From NCBI GenBank assembly GCA_016839585.1, contig JAEOTZ010000075.1, forward strand, positions 1-40,379: 40,379 nt of DNA, given 5' to 3'. The first letter of the stretch is position 1; every line of letters starts with the position of its first letter. A model generated the notes under the pieces. That model was not told the DNA's origin. It ran no database searches and worked only from the letters and a program-made list of their open reading frames with translations. Positions 1 through 9,502 of the stretch are shown here, piece by piece. This DNA comes from Promethearchaeota archaeon (GTDB lineage: Archaea; Asgardarchaeota; Lokiarchaeia; Sigyniarchaeales; SOKP01). Position numbers and translations under genes: made by a program.

Positions 1-1045
1 AAATAAGCTCATTTTCTATATTTATTAGCTCATTTTTCTTACTAAATAGTTTATGGGATGCATTTTTACACCATACCCAGTCAAGATTAATTTTTTTATA
101 AGGTCCAGGCTTATAATGTTTTTTTTCACCAATTGGAAATGCATAAGGCTTATAACTACTCAAGCAAGGAAGTGTTGTACCTGTAAACCAATGAATTGAT
201 TTCTTTCCTTTTCTTAAATGGGATACTTGAGATCCTGTTGATTCAAAACCTCCATGCATACAAATTCCAGCCTGATGATCTCTTAAGAATTCCATCATCA
301 TCTTAGAATTAATCTTTCCCTTACGATTATTAAGTAAATATGCTGACCTTCCTCCTCTTGAATATTGTATCATTGATGGAGGTGAACCACAGAAAGTTAT
401 AGCAAAGTCAAAATCATCATCATCTTTACAATATCCCTTTTCAGTAGCATGCTGAATAATGCCTCTTCTCCTGATATCACCCTTTCCTCTAATTGAAAGC
501 TCATTTGAGATAGATCTTACGCTTTTTACCTTTTCAGCAACCCACCATTCATCAGCGGTTTCCAAAACGTAAGCTTCGTCTGGGTCTGCAATTAAAAACG
601 AATTATGATACATCCAACCTGGATCATCATATGCACATCCTCCACCTTGTCCATATTTTTCTAATAAATTAGTAATTATATCCAAAGCTTGTTTCGCTCT
701 TTTTCCCCTTTCAAGACCTAGCCTCAGTAAATCCATCCCTAACAATCCAGAGTGTCTCAATCGTTCATATGTATAGACAGCTTCATTCCCAATAACAACC
801 CCATACTCATTAGCACCCATTTCTGCACCCCACATCCACCATGGTTGACTTAATAAGATTGCTGCAGTTTCAGATACTTGAGGAATTGTGATATAGGTGA
901 CTTTTAATTCATCTTCTTTTGAATGCTTAGTTCTAGGGGAATAAGTTATCAATTGAACTTCATTTGAAGGACGATCTGAATTTTTGCCAAAAATTACATT
1001 TCCATCCTTAGTTGAATTTCCCAGCGTAACGAGAGTGTCACACAT
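1..1045 (-). CDS. C69-family dipeptidase / secernin-like Ntn-hydrolase, paralog 2 (3' end runs off the window)
   Basis: Not in the ORF track. ATG at 1045 translates MCDTLVTLGNSTKDGNVIFGKNSDRPSNE...WMWGAEMGANEYGVVIGNEAV...GLLGMDLLRLGLERG, and the frame is still open at position 1. N-terminal Cys nucleophile; clearly paralogous to 1046-2251. Confidence 0.9.
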   Translation of the reverse strand, partial: MCDTLVTLGNSTKDGNVIFGKNSDRPSNEVQLITYSPRTKHSKEDELKVTYITIPQVSETAAILLSQPWWMWGAEMGANEYGVVIGNEAVYTYERLRHSGLLGMDLLRLGLERGKRAKQALDIITNLLEKYGQGGGCAYDDPGWMYHNSFLIADPDEAYVLETADEWWVAEKVKSVRSISNELSIRGKGDIRRRGIIQHATEKGYCKDDDDFDFAITFCGSPPSMIQYSRGGRSAYLLNNRKGKINSKMMMEFLRDHQAGICMHGGFESTGSQVSHLRKGKKSIHWFTGTTLPCLSSYKPYAFPIGEKKHYKPGPYKKINLDWVWCKNASHKLFSKKNELINIENELI

Positions 1046-2251
1046 TTATTTAATTAATTCCTCTGCTTTTTTCCATCCAAAATCATTAACATCTTTAATT
1101 GATTTATTAAATTCACTTTCTGAGATACTCTCTTCTTTACTAATTAAGTCATCTACGCGTCTCAATAATTCGGTCTCAACACTTCTTAACTTTTTATAGT
1201 AATTGTTCCTTTCAGGAATATCTCTTTTTGGGCGCTTCTTGTAAATATTAATAAATTCAAAATGTCTTGTCCAAAACCAATCTTGATCTTTAGATGAATA
1301 AGGTCTGGAATCCATGACGTTTTGTTCTTCTGCTGGAAAAACATAGGGCTTATAAATACTTAAACATGGAATGGTACTACCAGTAAACCAGTGTATAGAT
1401 TTCTTATTATTTTTTCTCAAAAGAGAAACTTGAGATCCTACTGATTGATCTTTTCGAGTATGTCTACATATCCCAACTTCATGTTCTCTTAAAAATTCCA
1501 TCATCATAGGTACTGTAATTTTTTCTTTATTCGATGATAATTGATGTAATGAACAACCATCTCTATCAGTTATTGGAAACACTTCTGGAAGTGGGATAAG
1601 AGAAAAAGTCATTTTAAAGTCAAAATCATTATCATCCTTACAATATCCTTTCTCAACTGCATGTTGGATAATACCTTCTCTTCTCATATCTCCTTTCCCT
1701 TTTATTGATATATGATTTGAGATTGAGCGAAAATCTTTAACAATTTCTGCAATCCACCAATCACCAGCGGTTTCTAATACATAAGCTTCAGTTTGATCCG
1801 CTAAAATATATGAATTATGGTAATTATATTCTTTTAAACTATGAAAGCCACCTTGACTATATTTTTCTAACAAACTTGTCATAATATTTAATGCTTCTTT
1901 TGCAGTCCTACCTCTTTCAAGCCCCAATCTTAGAAGATCCATGCCAAGAAGACCTTTTTCTTTAAGAGGTTCTCTCGTTTGCACCGATTCATTGCCAATA
2001 ACTACTTCATACTCGTTCACACCCATTTCTGCCCCCCACATCCAATATGGTTGACTTAAAATAATCGCAGCTGTTTCATTTATTTGTGGAATTGAAATAT
2101 GAGTACATTTTACTTCCTCTCCAGACGAGTAAGTTTTTCGTGGAGCATATGTTATTAATTGGGCTTCAGAATCAAGTCTGTCACTATTTTTCCCAAAAAT
2201 TACATTCCCATTTTTAGACCAAGTACTTAGACTAACGTAAGTGTCACACAT
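1046..2251 (-). CDS. C69-family dipeptidase / secernin-like Ntn-hydrolase, paralog 1
   Basis: MCDT start (Cys2 nucleophile) and the motifs FGKNSDR, WMWGAEMGVNE, GLLGMDLLRLGLERG typical of secernin/PepD-like C69 peptidases. Confidence 0.9.
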   Translation of the reverse strand: MCDTYVSLSTWSKNGNVIFGKNSDRLDSEAQLITYAPRKTYSSGEEVKCTHISIPQINETAAIILSQPYWMWGAEMGVNEYEVVIGNESVQTREPLKEKGLLGMDLLRLGLERGRTAKEALNIMTSLLEKYSQGGFHSLKEYNYHNSYILADQTEAYVLETAGDWWIAEIVKDFRSISNHISIKGKGDMRREGIIQHAVEKGYCKDDNDFDFKMTFSLIPLPEVFPITDRDGCSLHQLSSNKEKITVPMMMEFLREHEVGICRHTRKDQSVGSQVSLLRKNNKKSIHWFTGSTIPCLSIYKPYVFPAEEQNVMDSRPYSSKDQDWFWTRHFEFINIYKKRPKRDIPERNNYYKKLRSVETELLRRVDDLISKEESISESEFNKSIKDVNDFGWKKAEELIK

Positions 2252-2316
2252 ATTCTCTAATTATTTTTTTATGAATAAGTTAAAATTAAGTTATATTTAT
2301 AATACACTTTTAATAA

Positions 2317-2691
2317 CTAAATTACTACTATTGCATCAATTTCAATTAGTGCTGTTGGTAGTGGACAAACTGCTTCTATAGTGCTTCTCGTGGGGAATTT
2401 TTCTGATACTCCATTCTGTTCAAAAAAATCTTTATAGGCTTCATTCATTTCCTTAAAATCATCCATACTTTTTAGATATACTCCAATTTTAACTATGTTT
2501 CTAACATTTGCCTTTGCAACTTCTAGAACTTTTTTGATTTTTTCAAGAGCACTTAAAGTCTGTTCTTTTATATTCTTGGCCTTATGATCAGGTACTTGTC
2601 CCGATATGAAGATTAGATTACCTGCTTTTAGACCAAGACTATAAGGACCTGCTTTCGGAGCTCCTGTGTCAATTATTTCAATTTTTACCAT
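2317..2691 (-). CDS. ridA: RidA/YjgF/UK114 family enamine/imine deaminase
   Basis: APKAGPYS, FISGQVP, F..MNEAY..FF, PTRS (catalytic Arg), LIEIDAI motifs; 124 aa. Confidence 0.9.
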   Translation of the reverse strand: MVKIEIIDTGAPKAGPYSLGLKAGNLIFISGQVPDHKAKNIKEQTLSALEKIKKVLEVAKANVRNIVKIGVYLKSMDDFKEMNEAYKDFFEQNGVSEKFPTRSTIEAVCPLPTALIEIDAIVVI

Positions 2692-2741
2692 CTTATTTGC
2701 ATCCTTATGGTGTTTATATTTAAATTTAGTAATTATTATAA

Positions 2742-2967
2742 TTAAGAGTCAAAATTATAATTAACTTTTAATAAGAAAATTAAGATAAAATAATTTTAAG
2801 TCAACTTTTATTAGATTATAGTGTAATTATGCTCCATCAAAATTTTTTGTCGTAATTATCTCAAACAAATGTAATTTTAATTAAGTTTTAATAAAAATAT
2901 TATTTTAAAGACATAAACCTATTTATTATTAAATGAACTAATTTTAAAGTTAATTTTTGACTCTTAA
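2742..2967. mobile_element. MITE-like segment bounded by terminal inverted repeats
   Basis: TTAAGAGTCAAAA (2742-2754) and its exact reverse complement TTTTGACTCTTAA (2955-2967). A further 9-bp match (ATTAACTTT 2760-2768 / AAAGTTAAT 2946-2954) follows a 5-nt indel. Interior appears non-coding. Confidence 0.35.
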
Positions 2968-2995
2968 CTGCGTTCTAAAAAAGTATTGAGTTGCT

Positions 2996-4789
2996 TTGAT
3001 CGAAAAAAAAGATAAAGTTTGGATATTTACTTTTGAATATGCGGGAATTGTAAAAATGGGGGGACTTGGAGAAGTTCCAGCAAATCAAGCTAACCATTTA
3101 AAAAATAATTATGACCTAACTATTTTTATTCCTTCTCATGGCCAAATTGATAGTTTAAAAATGAATAATACATGGGAAAAACTACCGCTTAAATGTATTG
3201 GAAAAATAAATCCCCAAGTTTTTGGAATAGATGAACCTGAAGGGAATTATAATATTTCTTTTTATAGAATAACAATAAATAAGGTTAATTTTTATTTATT
3301 AACGGGTAAAAATTCATTTACAAAGAGATTTTTAGATGATAAGGATATTTATAATCCTGATACGATAAGTGGAAAAATTTGTCTTTTTAGCCTTGGAATC
3401 CGCTGTTTAATTGACTTTTTGATTGAAAACAGAAAAGATAATTTACCAGATGTTATTCACTTACATGATTATCATATGGTATTTCCATTTATCGGAGTTA
3501 AGCAAAGATTAGTTATAAATGGATTAGATGTACCGTCAATAATTACTATACATTTATTAACATGGCCAAGGTATCCTATTGATTTTTATAGAGCTTGTGG
3601 TATCAGTAAGATCCCAATTAAGATACTTTTAAGAGAAGGGTTTAAATCATTCACAATAGATGAAATATTTTCTCTTTGTTCAGATTCAAGTTTGCAACAA
3701 CACCCCTCGGTTGAAAAAATTGGTGCTGTGATTTGTGATCTTGTTACTACAGTTAGTCAATCCTATTTAAAGTCAGATATTATACCTTATTGTGGTAAGG
3801 ACTTAATAGATTTTAAGTCTGATTTTATTTGGGATGGATGTGATTGGGAATATTTTGAGATATATCGAAACGTACTTCAATCTTTCGGAAAAGAAATTAA
3901 AGAATTATTGAATATTCCGCTACAAAATGAAATATCCCATATTCATTTAAAGGATTATTTATTAAAGTATAAAATTGGGCATTTAAGTCAGAGTCCATTA
4001 ATAAATTCAACTAAAGTACTCGAAGCAATTAATCAAATTTCCAATGGAAATCCTTTTATAAGGAATGGCACAATTAAACCATTTTCTGAATCAGGACCTT
4101 TAGTAATCACAACAGGCAGAATTTCTCCTCAGAAAGGGTTTGAAACTATATTTGAAGCAATTCCAGAAGTCCTTAAAGTTATTCCAAATATTAAGCTTTT
4201 ATTCCTTATTTTACCCACTGATTATAGCTTAAATGAAATAATGCAATATGCTAAATTTGTAAAAAAATATCCAAACAATATTAGAATAATATTTGGTGTA
4301 GCTTCAGAAATATATTATTTAGCACATATCGCTTCAGATGTATATTGTGCTTTATCTCGATGGGAACCATTTGGTATTAACGCCTTAGAAGCGATGGCAT
4401 CAAAAATCCCAATAATTGCTACTCAAGTAGGAGGATTTCAAGAAACAATTATAGATATGAGAAAATACCCCGAAATCGGCACGGGCATTTTAATTGAAAA
4501 AGAAAAACCTTCTCAATTTACAAATGCTTTAATTTCTCTCCTTAAATTAGCAGAAATTTCAGAGAAAATTAAAAACACAGGATCAATTTATGAAACAGAA
4601 ACCTTTAAAATTGTAAATCAGATTCCTGATGAAGTAATTAAATCTCGAGTCTTACTAGATGCTAATTATTATAATAAGATTAGAGAGAATTGCTATAAAA
4701 GAGTAAAAAATAATTTTAGATGGGAAATTGTATCTAAGAAATTAGTGGAGCTTTATGAAAGAATAAAAAACCCACATACAGTACATTAA
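2996..4789 (+). CDS. glgA: Glycogen/starch synthase (GT5-like, GT-B fold)
   Basis: N-terminal KMGGL (KxGGL) motif, VIHLHDYH, GRISPQKG, SRWEPFGINALEAMA, VGGFQETI; TTG start. Confidence 0.85.
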   Translation: MIEKKDKVWIFTFEYAGIVKMGGLGEVPANQANHLKNNYDLTIFIPSHGQIDSLKMNNTWEKLPLKCIGKINPQVFGIDEPEGNYNISFYRITINKVNFYLLTGKNSFTKRFLDDKDIYNPDTISGKICLFSLGIRCLIDFLIENRKDNLPDVIHLHDYHMVFPFIGVKQRLVINGLDVPSIITIHLLTWPRYPIDFYRACGISKIPIKILLREGFKSFTIDEIFSLCSDSSLQQHPSVEKIGAVICDLVTTVSQSYLKSDIIPYCGKDLIDFKSDFIWDGCDWEYFEIYRNVLQSFGKEIKELLNIPLQNEISHIHLKDYLLKYKIGHLSQSPLINSTKVLEAINQISNGNPFIRNGTIKPFSESGPLVITTGRISPQKGFETIFEAIPEVLKVIPNIKLLFLILPTDYSLNEIMQYAKFVKKYPNNIRIIFGVASEIYYLAHIASDVYCALSRWEPFGINALEAMASKIPIIATQVGGFQETIIDMRKYPEIGTGILIEKEKPSQFTNALISLLKLAEISEKIKNTGSIYETETFKIVNQIPDEVIKSRVLLDANYYNKIRENCYKRVKNNFRWEIVSKKLVELYERIKNPHTVH

Positions 4790-4806
4790 ATAAAAGGCGT
4801 ATTTAA

Positions 4807-6021
4807 GTGATAATATCAAGAAGATCAACAATTCTTATTTTAATCTCTGTTTTTATTATTAATACTGCAGCTATCATAGTTTATACTTACGCACCTAAAT
4901 ATCTATTGGATTTGGGCACAGAAAAGCCGTTAATGCAACTTATAATCACAATTTTTCCTCTAACTGCTTTTATTTTTCCTCCATTATATGGATATCTCTC
5001 AGATAAAAGTCAGAATAGATTTGTATTTATAGTATTCGGTACGATTGGTATTAATTTTAGTTATTTCTTTTTATTCTTAACTCAAGATTTAATATTAATA
5101 GTAATTGTACTATTTTTTTTTGGTTTTTTTATGGCATCATCAAATTTGTTTATGACACTGTTTGCTGAGTTAGTAGAAGATAATAAAACACTCATTTCTT
5201 ATTTTAACGCTACAATAGTGGCGGGTTGGTTCGTTGGAGCGCAATCTGGTGGTATTTTTATTGATATTTATGAAATAGATAAGATAATGTTATTTACATT
5301 TTTAATTTCTTTACCCACTATAGTTTTCGTTGTTTTTATAAGGGAAAATAGGTCTTTGATATTAGAAAGGTATAGAAATAAGGTGGAAAGTATTCCTAAT
5401 GACTTAATTTTAAATAATACTGAAGAATTAAATCCAATTTCTCAATCAGTCTATTATGGTTTATTTTTTAGAAATTTTAGCATAAAACCACTAATGCCTC
5501 TGCTTGCTATAATCATGAGTTTTCATTTAAGTAGTGATACTGAAGTTGGATTTTTGATCGGAGTTAATTTTTTATTGCAAATTTTTCAGATGTTGTTAAT
5601 AGGAAAGTTAATTTCTAATAAAAATATTAAATCGTTCATGATTATTGGTTATTTGTTGAGCGCAATTACTGTTTTCGGATACATTATATCAACCAACTTT
5701 TGGAGTTATTTATTTTTCCAATTTTTAGTTTCTTTCAGTTATTCCATGCATTGGGCAGCGACTATCACATATATAGCTCAAAATACAAATCCTAAAAATA
5801 AAGGTAGATATATTGGATATGCGAATGCTAGCGTTTTTTCAGGAAGCTTCGCAGGAGGAATTTTATTCAGTTTATTATTGTTGTCATTTAATTCAGATTA
5901 TTATATTGCTATGTATTTTATGATAATATTTCCACTAATTTCTACTTTTATAATTTTTGTAAAATTTAAACCAAGCAAAATAATAACTAAGAATTCCAAA
6001 AAGGATATAATCTCTGACTGA
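4807..6021 (+). CDS. MFS transporter
   Basis: About 12 hydrophobic segments and a motif-A-like GYLSDKSQNR; KGRYIG in the C-terminal half. Its 3' end overlaps the convergent helicase by 35 bp. Confidence 0.85.
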   Translation: MIISRRSTILILISVFIINTAAIIVYTYAPKYLLDLGTEKPLMQLIITIFPLTAFIFPPLYGYLSDKSQNRFVFIVFGTIGINFSYFFLFLTQDLILIVIVLFFFGFFMASSNLFMTLFAELVEDNKTLISYFNATIVAGWFVGAQSGGIFIDIYEIDKIMLFTFLISLPTIVFVVFIRENRSLILERYRNKVESIPNDLILNNTEELNPISQSVYYGLFFRNFSIKPLMPLLAIIMSFHLSSDTEVGFLIGVNFLLQIFQMLLIGKLISNKNIKSFMIIGYLLSAITVFGYIISTNFWSYLFFQFLVSFSYSMHWAATITYIAQNTNPKNKGRYIGYANASVFSGSFAGGILFSLLLLSFNSDYYIAMYFMIIFPLISTFIIFVKFKPSKIITKNSKKDIISD

Positions 6022-7957
6022 TTGCATTTTTTTTATCTGGAACCAATTCTAATTCTTTTTTTACCCATTCAGAGATCCATTGATATTTATTTATAAATCT
6101 GCTATCCATAAAAATTAAGCTTCCTTTATCAGTTAGTCTTCTTATTGGACGTCCTGAAGCTTGATTAGCCCTTTGAATCGCAGGATAGAGATAAGCAAAA
6201 TTCCATCCTTGTTTATTAAAAACTTTATTATAATACTCAATTTTCGCTTCTACCCGTGGAGTTGGCAAGTGATAAGGGAATCCTGCGATTACAACAGAAT
6301 TCATAAAATCCCCAGGATAATCTTCTCCTTCAGAATTCCTCCCACCACAAACACCTAGTAATACAGCACCATTATTAGGTGGCTGGGACATAGATTTAAA
6401 ATCTTCAACCATACTAGCATTTTCTGATGCAGATAAACCTGATTCTTCAAAAAATAACTTTTTATTGTTCTTTTTTACTATTAATTCTAAACCATTTGAA
6501 ACTAAGCCTTTTAAAATTTTATAAGAAGCACAAAAAATACCTGAATTTGCTGGAGTGCAATATAGAACCTCATCTATTTTTTCATTCATCTTCTTAAACA
6601 TAGCTGGATTTCTATTGTCATTTTTAGTATTAACCCCTTCAATGATAAATGCTTTAATATTTTCTTTTTTGAAAGGGGAATCAGCTATGATTCCTTTATA
6701 ACTTTTTCCGCTCTCATTTAGCCCGATTAAATAATTATATACATAAGGATTAGCTGTCCCAGATAAGTTTAAACAAGTGTATACATTTTTTAGGATTGGA
6801 ATAGTGATCTCTCTAGGGTCTAACGCCACAATTTCAAGCGATATTGATCTTTTACCTTTTTTCTCCTTTAAATTATAACAATAAAAATAGCTATCTAAGA
6901 GATAGGTTTTTAACCATTTTAGCCAAAATTCTGCTAAAGATCCAACAAAATCTCTTGAAATGTCACCGTTTGCTATTTTCTCTTCATGAATCGAAAAACT
7001 GAAATCATAAAGATCTTTTATAAAATTTTTAAATTCAATTAGATCTCTAAATCCTAATTTTTTATAAATTACTTCTAAGAAAATATCTGGTTTTACTTCT
7101 TGTTCTTCCCCCTTGAAGTATTCTTTTTTATTTTTTAATAGGTTCATTAAAATTTTAATAAAACTCTGCATAAGAATGGGGGATCTGTACATTTCTAAAT
7201 CTTTTAAACATAATCTTAAGGAATAAGGTGAAATTTTTTCTGAATTTACATCTGTAGCTGTGTCAATTAAATTATGGCATTCATCAATGACTAAAATAAA
7301 TTTATGAAGTTCTTGATCAATAAATTTTAAGAAAGATTCTTGAATATAAGGACTAAAAATCCATTGATAATTGCATATTATGATTTTCATCTCTTTAAGC
7401 AGGAATTTACTAAGAAAATAAGGGCAAAGCTTCTCATCTTTGCAGAATTTTATGAGGTCTTCTGCATCAACAGGCTTATTGAACAAATCTGGAGCTAATA
7501 ATACAGGGGTTTCTACTCTATCTTTTTTTTTCAGTAAATTTAAAAAATGAATGCAATTATTATTTTTTCTTAAATCATTACATACTGACATTGATTCCCT
7601 TGGATTTAATTTTAAAGATAACAAGGTTTTATTTAAGCACATCTCGTTTCTTCCTCTAATTGAGAGACCATTTAATTTTATTTTTGTATTATTTTTTTTT
7701 AAAAATTGAAAGATCTTGTTTAGTTCTTTTATAATTCTTGTATTTTGAGAGTGTGTTCTACAAGTATAAATAATCTTTAAGTCTTTCTCATAAGCTAAAG
7801 GAAGAAGTCCACTTAAAGCAATTATTGTCTTTCCAGTACCATTGGGAGAAACTAACAAAATATTTTTCTTTGATTTCGAGCTTAATTCAATCTGCTTGAT
7901 AATATTTTCTTGTTCTTCTCTAAATTGTCTGTAAGGAAAAAAAGTTTGATAATCTAT
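5987..7957 (-). CDS. xpd: XPD/Rad3/DinG-family Fe-S DNA helicase (start extended to ATA at 7957)
   Basis: Walker A SPNGTGKT, IDECHNL (DEAH-like), Fe-S cysteines ending in LCPY, SEGEDY, QASGRPIR. The frame extends 33 codons upstream of the track start and includes the Q motif FFPYRQFREEQ. Confidence 0.9.
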   Translation of the reverse strand: MDYQTFFPYRQFREEQENIIKQIELSSKSKKNILLVSPNGTGKTIIALSGLLPLAYEKDLKIIYTCRTHSQNTRIIKELNKIFQFLKKNNTKIKLNGLSIRGRNEMCLNKTLLSLKLNPRESMSVCNDLRKNNNCIHFLNLLKKKDRVETPVLLAPDLFNKPVDAEDLIKFCKDEKLCPYFLSKFLLKEMKIIICNYQWIFSPYIQESFLKFIDQELHKFILVIDECHNLIDTATDVNSEKISPYSLRLCLKDLEMYRSPILMQSFIKILMNLLKNKKEYFKGEEQEVKPDIFLEVIYKKLGFRDLIEFKNFIKDLYDFSFSIHEEKIANGDISRDFVGSLAEFWLKWLKTYLLDSYFYCYNLKEKKGKRSISLEIVALDPREITIPILKNVYTCLNLSGTANPYVYNYLIGLNESGKSYKGIIADSPFKKENIKAFIIEGVNTKNDNRNPAMFKKMNEKIDEVLYCTPANSGIFCASYKILKGLVSNGLELIVKKNNKKLFFEESGLSASENASMVEDFKSMSQPPNNGAVLLGVCGGRNSEGEDYPGDFMNSVVIAGFPYHLPTPRVEAKIEYYNKVFNKQGWNFAYLYPAIQRANQASGRPIRRLTDKGSLIFMDSRFINKYQWISEWVKKELELVPDKKNAISQRLYPFWNS

Positions 7958-8063
7958 GTTTATACACCAAAAGTGGGATAAAAATTAACTTAAAAAAATA
8001 TTTTTTTAAAAGTTTATATTAGTATAGGGTATAAAAATTTATTTATTAAAGTATAAGTTTAGC

Positions 8064-9500
8064 TCAATCACGTAATTTCGGTTTTCTAGCAGCAAGGACA
8101 GCATCAAGACGTTTTACAGGCGTATTATTTGGGGCATTTTTTAAAAGATCGGGGTTATTTTGAGCTTCTTCAAAAACTTTTTCCATTACTTCAATAAAGT
8201 AATCGAGTGAGGTTTTTGACTCGGTTTCTGTAGGTTCTATCATTATCGCCCCATTGATTATGAGCGGAAAATAAATAGTGGGAGCATATAATCCATAGTC
8301 TAGAATACGTTTAGCAATATCCTCCGTAGTAATATCATTTGGCAAATTCTTATCTGATAGAACAAATTCATGTTGACAAATTCTATCATATGGTAGATTA
8401 TATTTCTTTTTTAGTAAAATTCTCAAGTAATTTGCGTTTAGAACTGCCATTTGACCAACTCGCTTTAAACCTTCAGCACCTAATGCTAAGATATAAGCAT
8501 AAGCTCGAATTATGACCCCAAAATTCCCCCAAAACGCTTTAATTCTACCAATTGAATTATCATTATTTTCTCTATAATTAACTACCTTTTCAGGAGAAAT
8601 TATGTATGGTTTTGGAAGATAAGGGATAAGTTTTTCTATTACACCAATTGGACCAGAACCCGGTCCACCCCCTCCATGAGGAGTAGAAAATGTTTTGTGT
8701 AAGTTTAAATGAACTATATCAAACCCCATATCTCCAGGACGGCAGATTCCCAGCATAGGATTTAAATTAGCACCATCATAATAGCATAATCCTCCATTTT
8801 CATGTACAATTCGAGTAATATCTTTAATTTGTCGGTCAAAAACACCCAGAGTGTTTGGGTTTGTTAACATTATACCTGCTACATCACCCTCTTGCATAGC
8901 AAATTTTAAATGATCAAGTGGTACTTCACCATCTGTATTTGATTGTAATTCAACTATTGAGAAACCTGCCATTTTGGCAGATGCTGGATTTGTACCATGT
9001 GCAGAATCAGGAATTATTATTTTATCTTTTTTCATGTTTTTATCTTCAAAATATTTCTTAATAATTAACAATCCTGTTAATTCACCATGAGCACCAGCAG
9101 CGGGTTGAAATGTAAATCCGTCCATACCGGTAATTTCTTCTAATGCTTTTGAAAATTTAAACATTAATTCAAGACAACCTTGATTTTCATCTTGAAGAGG
9201 GTGAATTTGTGAAAATTTAGGAATACGAGCTACTATTTCATTAATTTTAGGATTATATTTCATTGTACATGAGCCTAAAGGATAAAATCCGTCATCCACT
9301 CCATAATTCTTTTTACTCAAATCTATATAATGGCGAACGATTTCTACTTCATGTATATCTGGAAGCGGTAAATCAATCCTTTGAAATGATTTTGGAATTA
9401 TATCTTGTAGTTCTACTTCTTCAATATCCATTTTTGGAGTAAAATTTTTTTGAGCATTACCGCTACTTTTATCAAATATTAAAGTAACATTAGATGTCAT
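8064..9500 (-). CDS. gcvPB: Glycine dehydrogenase (decarboxylating) subunit 2
   Basis: YPLGSCTMKYNP, QPAAGAHGE, SAHGTNPASA, HLNLHKTFSTPHGGGGPG (PLP lysine), IEPTETES. Confidence 0.97.
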   Translation of the reverse strand: MTSNVTLIFDKSSGNAQKNFTPKMDIEEVELQDIIPKSFQRIDLPLPDIHEVEIVRHYIDLSKKNYGVDDGFYPLGSCTMKYNPKINEIVARIPKFSQIHPLQDENQGCLELMFKFSKALEEITGMDGFTFQPAAGAHGELTGLLIIKKYFEDKNMKKDKIIIPDSAHGTNPASAKMAGFSIVELQSNTDGEVPLDHLKFAMQEGDVAGIMLTNPNTLGVFDRQIKDITRIVHENGGLCYYDGANLNPMLGICRPGDMGFDIVHLNLHKTFSTPHGGGGPGSGPIGVIEKLIPYLPKPYIISPEKVVNYRENNDNSIGRIKAFWGNFGVIIRAYAYILALGAEGLKRVGQMAVLNANYLRILLKKKYNLPYDRICQHEFVLSDKNLPNDITTEDIAKRILDYGLYAPTIYFPLIINGAIMIEPTETESKTSLDYFIEVMEKVFEEAQNNPDLLKNAPNNTPVKRLDAVLAARKPKLRD

Positions 9501-9502
9501 TA

